A DNA stretch of 64,000 nt from Gemmatimonadaceae bacterium (GTDB taxonomy: Bacteria > Gemmatimonadota > Gemmatimonadetes > Gemmatimonadales > Gemmatimonadaceae): NCBI GenBank assembly GCA_045803545.1, contig JBJMOW010000005.1, forward strand, positions 1,440,001 through 1,504,000. Direction: 5' to 3'. The notes beneath the pieces were generated by a model. It made no database searches. It was given only the letters and a program-made list of their open reading frames with translations, and had not been told where the DNA came from. Made by a program: the position numbers and the translations under genes. Shown piece after piece: positions 11,053 to 19,620 of the stretch. Every line of letters starts with the position of its first letter. Positions within the stretch are counted from its first letter, which is position 1.

Positions 11053-11439
11053 TCAAAACCGACTCGCCGGCTCGTGATCCTCGAGCAGTTCGCAGAGTCG
11101 CGTTCCGTAGCTGCCCGGGAATACATGGCCGTAATTGACATCGTAAATGGTATAATGTCGCGGTAGCCAGTCACCGGTGCAGACTACGTCCACGCTATTT
11201 TCTGGCGTGTCGTAGTTCCGGGTCACACGCGGCGACACATATTCCCGCCAGAATTCCGGGTGCTTGGCGATAAGGGCTGCACAGACATGGTTCGCATTCG
11301 GGCCGTTGACCGCAAGGACTGCCAAATGGTCCCGCACCTGAACGGCGCACGCTTCGCCTCGACGGTGCACTACGACTCCCGCCGTCGTAGATACGGCAAC
11401 GACACCGATGACGAGAAGATAAATCAACTGTCGCTTCAT
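11053..11439 (-). CDS. Hypothetical exported small Cys-containing protein
   Basis: N-terminal hydrophobic segment, four Cys, co-directional with the upstream gene. Confidence 0.55.
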   Translation of the reverse strand: MKRQLIYLLVIGVVAVSTTAGVVVHRRGEACAVQVRDHLAVLAVNGPNANHVCAALIAKHPEFWREYVSPRVTRNYDTPENSVDVVCTGDWLPRHYTIYDVNYGHVFPGSYGTRLCELLEDHEPASRF

Positions 11440-11485
11440 TCCCTGCAACTCCGCCCAAGAGAATGGCTACAGAACTGCACCGGGC

Positions 11486-12817
11486 TTAACGGCAGACAGC
11501 CTGCAGGTTAGTGAGCTTTACGGTCTTACCTGAAACCACCGAGAATGCGTTGGACAGCACGAGCACCAGCGCACCAGGTTGGCCAGTGGTCACATTCAGG
11601 GTGACAGCCGTCTTTTTCCCGGACTCGAAGTAGACTTTGGCTTCGTGGGCGTTCACGTAGCTCTGGTAATCATCGGCAGGCATCACCAGCACGTTTACGT
11701 CCTTGCTCCCACCGGCGATCACTTCAACATGACCGGTGACCTGACAGCTCGGCTGCGCCGAAGTCGCCTCCCATCTGAAGCTTTGCACGAAGCCGGCTGG
11801 AATGACCATCTCCGTATCCAATGCGAGCTGCGTTACGCTCGGCGAGGGACCTTCTGCAACACGGCGCGTCGCCGGCGTTGGATAGCCGCAGTTGATGACT
11901 CCATTTTCAGTCGCGCACACCGCGGACGACTTGCCATGAGTCGCAGTCGCGGTCCAGCTCGGTGGCGGACCCTGCGTCGCAATCGCACGAATCGTGACGT
12001 TGCTTGACGGCGTGAATCCGTTGAGAGGTTTGCTGGCGGTCGCCTTGCCGGAGAAGTAAGCGCCTTCGTTGTCGGCGGAGAATTGCTCCTCATATGTGGC
12101 CAGATTACGCAGGTCACTCTTCATCTCGGCGATGAATGCGCGCTCACGAAGATCCTCCGTTCTACCGGACTCACCCCTCGCCGTTCTTATCGCTTGCTGT
12201 TTCATCCCGGTGTCGTACGTGGGCGGAGCCGGCGCCATCGCAGGCGCGGCGGTGTCCGCATCCGCGGCTGAGAGCAAACTGGTCGGACATCCGTTGAGGC
12301 GAGAGAAGAAAACCGCGGCGTCTTTTCTAACTGCGCGATCGGTCTCCCGCGCGTCGGGACTGGTTATTGGCTGAACGGCATTCTTTCCGTCAAGCCACTG
12401 CACCAACCTGCCATTCATATAGTAGAGGCGATCATCTGATCTCTCCACCGCCGGCCCATACAGTTGATCGGAGCGCTGACTCTCGATTTGCACCAGGAAC
12501 AGCGAGCCGTCCCAGAAATAAAATGTGGTAACGCTGCTTCCATGCTCGCCGAAATCAGTCGCAACAATACGTCGAGTATCAGTGGCCTTGCACGAGACCT
12601 CCAACTTTCCACCATCAGTGGACCGACGGTCGATGCCGAGTGCGTCCATGTCTACCGCAATCGTCCGATAGCTGGGGAGCTCTCGGTTGATTGTAGCGTA
12701 ACGGGCAGGATAGCTCGCGAGTGAATTCGCAGGCTGTGTAGACCGCGTCTGCGCCAGGGAGGGGGCTGCAACGAAAAACGTCGCTAGCGCGACGCGTGAG
12801 AGCGATTGGATTGTCAT
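11486..12817 (-). CDS. Secreted multidomain protein containing a type IV pilin-like globular domain
   Basis: Signal peptide; central RERAFIAEMKSDLRNLATYEEQF...WTATATH...C...C resembles pilin head domains; C-terminal beta-sandwich. Confidence 0.65.
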   Translation of the reverse strand: MTIQSLSRVALATFFVAAPSLAQTRSTQPANSLASYPARYATINRELPSYRTIAVDMDALGIDRRSTDGGKLEVSCKATDTRRIVATDFGEHGSSVTTFYFWDGSLFLVQIESQRSDQLYGPAVERSDDRLYYMNGRLVQWLDGKNAVQPITSPDARETDRAVRKDAAVFFSRLNGCPTSLLSAADADTAAPAMAPAPPTYDTGMKQQAIRTARGESGRTEDLRERAFIAEMKSDLRNLATYEEQFSADNEGAYFSGKATASKPLNGFTPSSNVTIRAIATQGPPPSWTATATHGKSSAVCATENGVINCGYPTPATRRVAEGPSPSVTQLALDTEMVIPAGFVQSFRWEATSAQPSCQVTGHVEVIAGGSKDVNVLVMPADDYQSYVNAHEAKVYFESGKKTAVTLNVTTGQPGALVLVLSNAFSVVSGKTVKLTNLQAVCR

Positions 12818-13064
12818 CGTAATTGTGGGAGGGGAAGAACTACCTTAAGACGCGCAGCCAGACTTCACGGCAACCCGAAAACACATCGACAAGTGGCCGC
12901 GCCAGTCCGACACACGTCGACTGATAGAAAAATGACCTGCCAGTGATATGAAAACGACATATCGCGGGTAATTCCAAGCCACATATTCGGAGAACCCTTG
13001 CGGAGCCAACACGTTATGGCTTCCCGGACATCCCGGTTGTAGGTTCGGAAGAGCTGGAGGACGT

Positions 13065-13538
13065 ATGCGAATTAGCGCACTTATCGCGGTAACATCGCTC
13101 TGCCTGGCGACTCACTCGCTGGTCGGTCAGGAAAAAACATCACAGGGCGCCGCAGTTACACGCGTCGCCACCCCGTTGCGTGAGGGGCCATCGGTAGAAT
13201 CGGCCGCCTTTGCGACGATACCGCCGAAGACCAGTGTGAACGTGTCATCGTGCACCGATGGGTGGTGCGCGGTGGAATATCAAAACCGCACAGGGCACGT
13301 CATACAAGTCTTCTTGCGGTTTGCGCCACTTGCTGCGCCGCAAACACTGAAGTCAGCGCCACCCAGTGGCCGCGGCTACACAAACTCGCAGGGAGAATGG
13401 GTCCAATCGCCGACGCGCACGCTGACCGGCCAAGCCCCTGCGGGAGCCAGCGCGAAGTGTCGAGACGACACGTACAGCTTCAGCCGATCACGCCGGGGCA
13501 CTTGCTCGCATCACGGCGGCGTTGCGCTGTGGCTTTAG
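13065..13538 (+). CDS. Secreted SH3 + DUF3761 domain protein
   Basis: Signal peptide; LREGPS...C.DGWC.V SH3b-like; GASAKCRDDTYSFSRSRRGTCSHHGGVALW matches DUF3761; SD GGAGG. Confidence 0.85.
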   Translation: MRISALIAVTSLCLATHSLVGQEKTSQGAAVTRVATPLREGPSVESAAFATIPPKTSVNVSSCTDGWCAVEYQNRTGHVIQVFLRFAPLAAPQTLKSAPPSGRGYTNSQGEWVQSPTRTLTGQAPAGASAKCRDDTYSFSRSRRGTCSHHGGVALWL

Positions 13539-13759
13539 TGGAGAGCGTTGAACCCGGGCGGGTAGAAAAGCCGTCGATACTTGGCGTTGATGGGTGTAAG
13601 GGTGGGTGGATTGCGGCCGTGCACGGTGGCGCGGCCGCCACACGTCTAGAGTTTTTTCCATTTTTCGACCAGATCGAATCGGGGGCTTTCTTCGGGGCGC
13701 TATCTCTTCAAGAGACTTTCGCGCTTTTTTTCAAGTTGTGCGGGCGGCAAAGAACCTGA
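13538..13759 (+). pseudogene. Truncated DUF429 family (predicted RNase H-like nuclease) N-terminal fragment
   Basis: GTG overlaps the previous stop; ILGVDGCKGGWIAA is the DUF429 N-terminal motif; frame ends after ~70 codons, running into the convergent island gene. Confidence 0.6.
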
Positions 13760-15099
13760 GCGTTGGCTGTATTTGTCTGGCCGCCTCGACTATGCGGTAT
13801 AACATGATCCGCATCATACTCGCGCCACGCAACCTCAGATTCGTCAGGAGTCTTTCCTTCAGAGAGGCACATCTTGCAGAGCCCATTGTCGCGTCTATAG
13901 ATCGCGATCCGCTCGCTCTCGTCGAATTCACGTTTTTGATCCTTCGTTTTGAGTGACTTCTTCCTGCGGGTCAGGTCCGCAAAAAACAGTTGCCTCAGGA
14001 CCCGAAGTCGAATCTCAATATCCTTCGCCGAATGTTGCCGGTGATCCGAGAAATTCAACACATCTAAATCGGTTTCTCGCCGTTCGCGCCATCGCTGATG
14101 GAATGCAATTGTGAACTTGAGGAAGTCTTTGCTCTCGTCTGGCCCGAATACGTAGTACTGTAAAAGGTGACGCAACAAAAGATAGAACGAGATTATGAAG
14201 TACTCGATCCGAAACTCTTTCATTCCATCCCCGCCTTTTACCATCGGATCCGCCGCGAAAACTTTGTAAAAAGCATTCATGATTTTCAGGGTGTCCTTGG
14301 CAATTGGGAAACTCTCAAATGACTCGTCCCCTATGCCTGTAGGCTGTTCCCATTTCTCAATGAAGTCGCCCACTTCAGTGTCTCTGATGTCCGCAACACC
14401 GTCGTTCTCCTCGAGTATTACTAGCCGCGCGAGCAGAGCGAGATGCTGCATACGGTCGTTGTTTCTGTCGATGACTTTGAAGAATTGATGCTTGTGCGGA
14501 TTTTTGTCGAGCGGACGGTACGACGTATAATCGAAGCTTATATCGTCGGCGTATTTGACTATGAAATTCCGTGACAAGCTAGCTACGCGCGCATGGGCTA
14601 TTTCCATGAAAGTAAGGCTCTCTCCTTGTTGGAGGCGCCAAAAAATGTCAGCTGCAATTCGTTGGTGATCAGGGTTCGTGGGAGTTTCGATCCCTTTGAC
14701 GACATCGGCATTAAACTTCAGCTCCTTGTCGACAAACTTTCGGAGTTCCGTTGGTAGCTGGCTGTATTTTTTCCCCGGTAATGATGCGTGCACATCCTTG
14801 AGCGATGAAGGCAGGACCAGCTCATCGCTGAAGAACTCCTTGGCCGTCGTGATCCGTTGCTGGCCATCGATGATTTCCTTCGCAATCTTTTGATCGGAAA
14901 GCCGAACGTATCTCACCACTATTCGAGGTACGTAATATCGGCGGAAAAGGCTGTCCAGGAGCGCTAACTTCTTTTTACGACTCCATACACTTTTCCTCTG
15001 GTAGGGCGGGCGGACGACGTAATCATCCCAGTAGGCGTAGAAGTCCCTAAGCGGGATACTATCAAAAGTGACGTCATAGCTAGTCAAAGGATCAAACAC
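13708..15099 (-). CDS. DUF262 + C-terminal HNH endonuclease (GmrSD-like)
   Basis: PPYQR..VW, IIDGQQR, IFWRLQ.G DUF262 motifs; C..C and DHVIPHSRGG.T...NAQVLC..HN HNH; GTG 15099 has a GGAGG SD. Confidence 0.88.
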   Translation of the reverse strand: MFDPLTSYDVTFDSIPLRDFYAYWDDYVVRPPYQRKSVWSRKKKLALLDSLFRRYYVPRIVVRYVRLSDQKIAKEIIDGQQRITTAKEFFSDELVLPSSLKDVHASLPGKKYSQLPTELRKFVDKELKFNADVVKGIETPTNPDHQRIAADIFWRLQQGESLTFMEIAHARVASLSRNFIVKYADDISFDYTSYRPLDKNPHKHQFFKVIDRNNDRMQHLALLARLVILEENDGVADIRDTEVGDFIEKWEQPTGIGDESFESFPIAKDTLKIMNAFYKVFAADPMVKGGDGMKEFRIEYFIISFYLLLRHLLQYYVFGPDESKDFLKFTIAFHQRWRERRETDLDVLNFSDHRQHSAKDIEIRLRVLRQLFFADLTRRKKSLKTKDQKREFDESERIAIYRRDNGLCKMCLSEGKTPDESEVAWREYDADHVIPHSRGGQTNTANAQVLCRPHNLKKSAKVS

Positions 15100-15236
15100 G
15101 CCAAGACCTCCGACGTTATTGGCAGGCGAGGCAAATCGCACTGAGTCCGGACGGCTACTTTAGTTGTTTGCCGACGGGCGCACAACTGGGTACGCCCCCA
15201 GGTGCCATAAAGCTCTAAGCGTCGCCTCGCCGCGCT

Positions 15237-15803
15237 TTGATTGACCATCCTAATACTCTAGCCGAGGCAATCCTCGCCAATATCGATATGAACACGGACA
15301 AAGTCTATCAACGCATTGGAGAATTTGTGGTTAGTTACCAATGGGTCGAAGACAAGTACCGGCAGATCGGTCAGTTCATCCTGGATCCGAATCGAACTGT
15401 TTGGCCTCCTACCGCGCTGCGCAATGAGACGACGCAGCAACTGTTAAAAAAGGTCACGCGACTCTACGAGGAAGCACTTTCAACCATGCATCTCCCACAT
15501 GAAGGCGAAATGCGTGCATCCTTCCATGAGACTACGGCTCGCTTCAATAAGCTTCGACAGGTCCGGAACAGAATTCTGCATTCGGTTTACATCGAGATCA
15601 AATCTGGCGGCGAGATCCGGGGTCTTCTCAGAGCAGATATTCAGAATCGCCAAAACGAACAGCAACTCGATCCTCCTGCACAAGAATTCTTGTCAGATAA
15701 GTCATTCGAAAAAATCATGGAACGACTTGGATCCGTCGCTATCGACATTAGCAGGCATTACATGCAGCTACTTCATCGGTTCGGCGTTCATTTTGGGGCC
15801 TGA
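15237..15803 (+). CDS. Putative HEPN-domain protein
   Basis: Apparently helical protein with IGEFVVSYQWVE near the N-terminus and an Rx4H motif RNRILH. Confidence 0.55.
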   Translation: MIDHPNTLAEAILANIDMNTDKVYQRIGEFVVSYQWVEDKYRQIGQFILDPNRTVWPPTALRNETTQQLLKKVTRLYEEALSTMHLPHEGEMRASFHETTARFNKLRQVRNRILHSVYIEIKSGGEIRGLLRADIQNRQNEQQLDPPAQEFLSDKSFEKIMERLGSVAIDISRHYMQLLHRFGVHFGA

Positions 15804-15857
15804 CAAGCCTTAGGACCGTGACGTAAAAGACGACACGAATGCGACGCTTAAGCAAAT

Positions 15858-16547
15858 TTATTTCCGCGGCTTGGCTGCATCGGAGGCGCTCCATTCTGGT
15901 CGGGGTGTCCGGCCAGATTGACGAGTCTCTACTCGTATAACGAAGTCGCGAACGTCTGGAATTGAGTAGTCTACCGTCAGTTCGACAACTGCATTGCGCT
16001 TCGTGGCAATCTTTCTGCGCGCAGACCAATCAAAGTCCTGAATTCTTTGGAACGTTCGTCGTCCGCGAGGGAATGGGTACGGCTTCGTCGCGCCGGTATT
16101 CATCGGACTGACTGTCACGCAGTCGCTGTGAACACCGAGAAGAGCGCTGGTATCTAAAATTAGAACCGTGTGCTGTCTATCTCGATACGCGCGCGCATCA
16201 AGCATGCCCTCCAACCTGTGCTCACTAACCCAGAAAAACACTCGGCGATTTATCGTTTCGTACCACTCTTTGGGCGTGAGACCGTCCTGAAGGCAGCGTA
16301 AGAGTCCGCGGTCGTCAAGTGGAAGATTGTCCCTTAGCTCAAAGCTACCGATCCCAGGTCGGGAGAGCCGATTTATTTCGTGGCGCCGTTGCGATTCGAG
16401 CGCTGCTCTTTCTGAAGCGCTAACGGACACGAGATCGAGTATCGCGCTCGTGCTAAGCAACCCGTGTTGTCGGATGCTTGGCCAGCTCCCGTGCGTAGCC
16501 ATGTGATACAGCCACGGGTACTCGCTTATAAACTGGTCGATCTTCAT
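15858..16547 (-). CDS. DarT-like ADP-ribosyltransferase (DUF4433/DUF7002-like)
   Basis: LYHM....W.SI..HGLLS, RVFFW and distal ELTV..SIP parallel the DarT YHIT...GLLS / VPFY / AEFLV motifs. Confidence 0.7.
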   Translation of the reverse strand: MKIDQFISEYPWLYHMATHGSWPSIRQHGLLSTSAILDLVSVSASERAALESQRRHEINRLSRPGIGSFELRDNLPLDDRGLLRCLQDGLTPKEWYETINRRVFFWVSEHRLEGMLDARAYRDRQHTVLILDTSALLGVHSDCVTVSPMNTGATKPYPFPRGRRTFQRIQDFDWSARRKIATKRNAVVELTVDYSIPDVRDFVIRVETRQSGRTPRPEWSASDAAKPRK

Positions 16548-16575
16548 CGAGCGAGGCTAACACAGGTTGATCCGA

Positions 16576-18189
16576 CTACCAAATTCGTCTGTCTATAATG
16601 TTCCGGTAGTGAAATCGTGTAACGATCAGCGACACACGTACAGCTGCGACACGTTCTACTTCCTCCACAAACTGAATTGTGTTTTCATCGAGTTGCTCGA
16701 AACGCCTTGCCTTGCGGTTCTCTATCCCGAGATAGTCCGTAAAGCTTAGGGCAATGTCCGTCGGTCCGTTCAAGGAAACCGCTTGCCGCAATTGCTTCCA
16801 ATCAAACTCGGCAACACGTCGGCTACGTTTTGTTGTTGTTGTAATCTCAGCTTCGGTGAGTTCTTTGAGAGGAATTTCCGAGCGGTGGGAGACATCCTGC
16901 CAAGTAATTTCGGTACCCATTGGGCCTGATGTTCCCCCGGCAGGGCTTTCTACCCTAATCGGGTAAGTCCGGCAGACCATTATTGCACGTCGAACCCGGG
17001 ACGGAGCAATTCCCGCATCGGCCAAGCAGCCGCTGACGCTAGTCTCGCGCGACGTGACGAAGGGGTACGCGCCGTGGTGTAAGCTGAGCGCAGTGCCCTG
17101 CGTTCCCTCTAGGAAAACGCGTCTTCCTTGTGCGAACGCGTCGTCCAGAAGGTCAAGAGTGGGGCGCACATACGGCTTGAAGTCTTCAATATCTCGAGCT
17201 AAGCGGACTGGTGGGGGTAAGGCACCCCGAAGAACCTTTCTCGCAGTCGCGAAGCCCACGCCCTGTCCTGTAGAGCCAATCGAGCCTTTGAGAGATTTTC
17301 CCTCTGATGCAATGTCCTCATCCTCGATGATCATCGCTTGTGGGTCCACAAAAAGCCGACCCACTTCCAGTCCACATTGATTGACTTCTTCAAAAAACTT
17401 CGAAGGACGGATCACTGATCCTGGGCCAAGCACGATTTGAGCACCTGGCGCCCTCATTGTGCCCGAGGGAATGTGATAGAATTTCGTGGGTTTCGGCTCC
17501 TCATATACGGTATGGCCGGCGTTCGGTCCGCCAACTCGCACGAGAACGTCGTATTCGGGGGCGAGATAAGCTGCGATGTTCCCCTTACCCTCACTCCCGT
17601 ACTGACCGCCGATCAAAACGTCTACGAGACGCTGGTATGAACGACCATACAACCCGAGGCGAGCAGCAACTCTAGCGAATACGTCTTCGGGACGGGAACG
17701 CGCCGTGTCGATTACAATGTCCGCAAGCGCCGCGAGGCTTTCGACATTTGCTTCAGTCGGGTCTGACCGAACTGCATCATAGCTTTCCAGCTCTTTAACC
17801 GCCCCTTTACGATGGAGGTAGCGACGCTCGAGAATTTCGATCGGCGCAGTCACATGAACATGGACGACACGCGGACCGAAGCCCTTTCTAACAGACTCGA
17901 TTTGGCCTGCCGTCCGAACAGCATCCACAAGCACATTTGTCCCGTCTGGGACACTCGTCACATAGCGAGCAAGCGCATCGCCTACCCACGCGCCCTTTGT
18001 CGCCTCATCAAGAGCGGCTCCGCCACCCTGCAATGCTGTCCGCTCGAGGGCGGAATCCTTAAGTGCAGAAATTAATTCTCGTGTTTTTAGCCATGCGAAC
18101 TTGTAAGTGTCACTCAGGTTCTCGGCGAGTGTAGTCTTGCCGCCAGCAACGGGGCCCGAGAGAAGAACGACCAGCCCCAAACGCTGCAT
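16576..18189 (-). CDS. P-loop (d)NMP kinase fused to a PurZ/PurZ0-like adenylosuccinate synthetase homologue
   Basis: N-terminal GPVAGGKTT, R..LQ..G and VDAVR; C-terminal GGQYGSEGKG, GPNAGHT, GSTGQG, EGTQG, YPFVTS, RTYPIRV, TTTTKRSRRV, SFTD. Confidence 0.85.
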   Translation of the reverse strand: MQRLGLVVLLSGPVAGGKTTLAENLSDTYKFAWLKTRELISALKDSALERTALQGGGAALDEATKGAWVGDALARYVTSVPDGTNVLVDAVRTAGQIESVRKGFGPRVVHVHVTAPIEILERRYLHRKGAVKELESYDAVRSDPTEANVESLAALADIVIDTARSRPEDVFARVAARLGLYGRSYQRLVDVLIGGQYGSEGKGNIAAYLAPEYDVLVRVGGPNAGHTVYEEPKPTKFYHIPSGTMRAPGAQIVLGPGSVIRPSKFFEEVNQCGLEVGRLFVDPQAMIIEDEDIASEGKSLKGSIGSTGQGVGFATARKVLRGALPPPVRLARDIEDFKPYVRPTLDLLDDAFAQGRRVFLEGTQGTALSLHHGAYPFVTSRETSVSGCLADAGIAPSRVRRAIMVCRTYPIRVESPAGGTSGPMGTEITWQDVSHRSEIPLKELTEAEITTTTKRSRRVAEFDWKQLRQAVSLNGPTDIALSFTDYLGIENRKARRFEQLDENTIQFVEEVERVAAVRVSLIVTRFHYRNIIDRRIW

Positions 18190-18201
18190 TTACGTGGAGT
18201 G

Positions 18202-19620
18202 CTAATTGAGTGATAGCGCAGTCTGTTCCGACTGCTGTGTGTTATGCGGGCGCGCGCTAGGAAGGTCGTACACGGTGACCCTCACGCCCTCCGGGCCAAA
18301 CGATGCGCGAATTAACGGCTCTATCACATCCCAGGACCCGCCCGCTTGACCGCAGCCGATTCTCGGCATATGGACTGTCGAGCGCGTCAACGCCGCCAAT
18401 TTTGCGACTTCTGCTAACCCTTTACGTAATGCGTCGTACCTGATCTTCGGCCGGACTGATGGTTTGTATCCGTGCTGGGCAACGATGCTAGCAACCATTA
18501 ATTCGGAATTCACATCTGCGATTCTTACGTTGCCCAGGCAAAGGTGGCGGCGGTCATCCGAAACCCACTGCTGGAAGTCGCTCTGCACGGAGGGGAGCGC
18601 ACTCCTTAAAGCCGAAGCGAACCCGCCTCCTCCCCAGTTCGGCGTCGCGTCATTCACAACGTGCACGATGATTCGCCGGCCACCAACACTTGGCTTGGTA
18701 GCGTCGCCTCGGACATATGTCAGCACGGGCTCTGATGGAGCGACCTCCGAGTCCGCGAATCGCAGCATTCCAACGACCCTCGGCAATCGCGCTCCCGGAT
18801 AGGGAGGGATTCCCACGCATTCAGCGACGAATTGCTTAGCATCCGTCTCTTGTGACACCAGCTGCCACGACTCCAGGCCTTTCGCTGTAAATCCAACGCC
18901 GACACAGCGTGCCGCAATAGTGCCCTGGGGCAGTAGGTCTCCTCGGGCTCCCCGCAAGTCGTTAGGCCAAGAATCCGACCCGATCAAGTACTCAAGCCGA
19001 TAGCGGCCGCGCCGAAGACCATCGTCTATATGCGCTGCGCAGAACATTGCGATCCGCAGATCACTCAACCGTGCAGATCGTATAAAAAGCGCTTCGGTAG
19101 AAACGTCGAACAGTTTTTGTTGATTGACGAGCTGATCGATATCGGTGTGTGTAGCTTTTTGGGAAGCCATTGCACCAAAAGGCATCAGTAATTCTGCAGC
19201 CGCGATGTTGCACAATGCTTCAAGCTGCCATTCGTCCCCTTTGACTTCCGTCCTCGTGGCTCGGTGTCGGACGGTATCCGCGTAATCCGGAAACAGCGTA
19301 TGAGCGATCTCGTGAGCCAAAGAGTAGTTCAGGCGGCCGCGCGGTCGGGTCGGGTTGAACTCGATGCGCGCCGACTTCCCTGTAGGAACCGTACGAGCAT
19401 CCCGGACGTCGGCGTTGGGCACTGTCTTGATTCCCAACAAATCCGCCAATTCGACTGGATCGTACGGAGGTCCACTCCATCCCCGATCAAGCGCACGTGC
19501 GACGGTCTCCCGTGCTTTCTCAGTCACGGCCGCGACCGGATCCACATCTCCGGCCAACGATAGCACCGATGCATTGGTCCAACGGGGGAGGCGCTTTGTC
19601 AATGGCTGGGACGCCAGCAC
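18202..19620 (-). CDS. ImmA/IrrE family metallopeptidase fused to a DarG/TARG1-like macrodomain
   Basis: YSLAHEIAH (HExxH) plus E.LCN..AAELLMP; C-terminal GDAT...IVHVVN...WGGGGFA...HMPRIGCGQAGGSW macrodomain. Start codon uncertain (19620 GTG or 19602 TTG). Confidence 0.88.
   Translation of the reverse strand: MLASQPLTKRLPRWTNASVLSLAGDVDPVAAVTEKARETVARALDRGWSGPPYDPVELADLLGIKTVPNADVRDARTVPTGKSARIEFNPTRPRGRLNYSLAHEIAHTLFPDYADTVRHRATRTEVKGDEWQLEALCNIAAAELLMPFGAMASQKATHTDIDQLVNQQKLFDVSTEALFIRSARLSDLRIAMFCAAHIDDGLRRGRYRLEYLIGSDSWPNDLRGARGDLLPQGTIAARCVGVGFTAKGLESWQLVSQETDAKQFVAECVGIPPYPGARLPRVVGMLRFADSEVAPSEPVLTYVRGDATKPSVGGRRIIVHVVNDATPNWGGGGFASALRSALPSVQSDFQQWVSDDRRHLCLGNVRIADVNSELMVASIVAQHGYKPSVRPKIRYDALRKGLAEVAKLAALTRSTVHMPRIGCGQAGGSWDVIEPLIRASFGPEGVRVTVYDLPSARPHNTQQSEQTALSLN

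Noticed and set aside
12944..12964. GATATG-N7-CATATC inverted repeat between divergent genes
   Set aside because: 6-bp arms can arise by chance; no linked regulator
16576..18189. Calling this housekeeping purA
   Set aside because: Catalytic Asp replaced by Ser, altered NTP motif, kinase fusion and defence-island context
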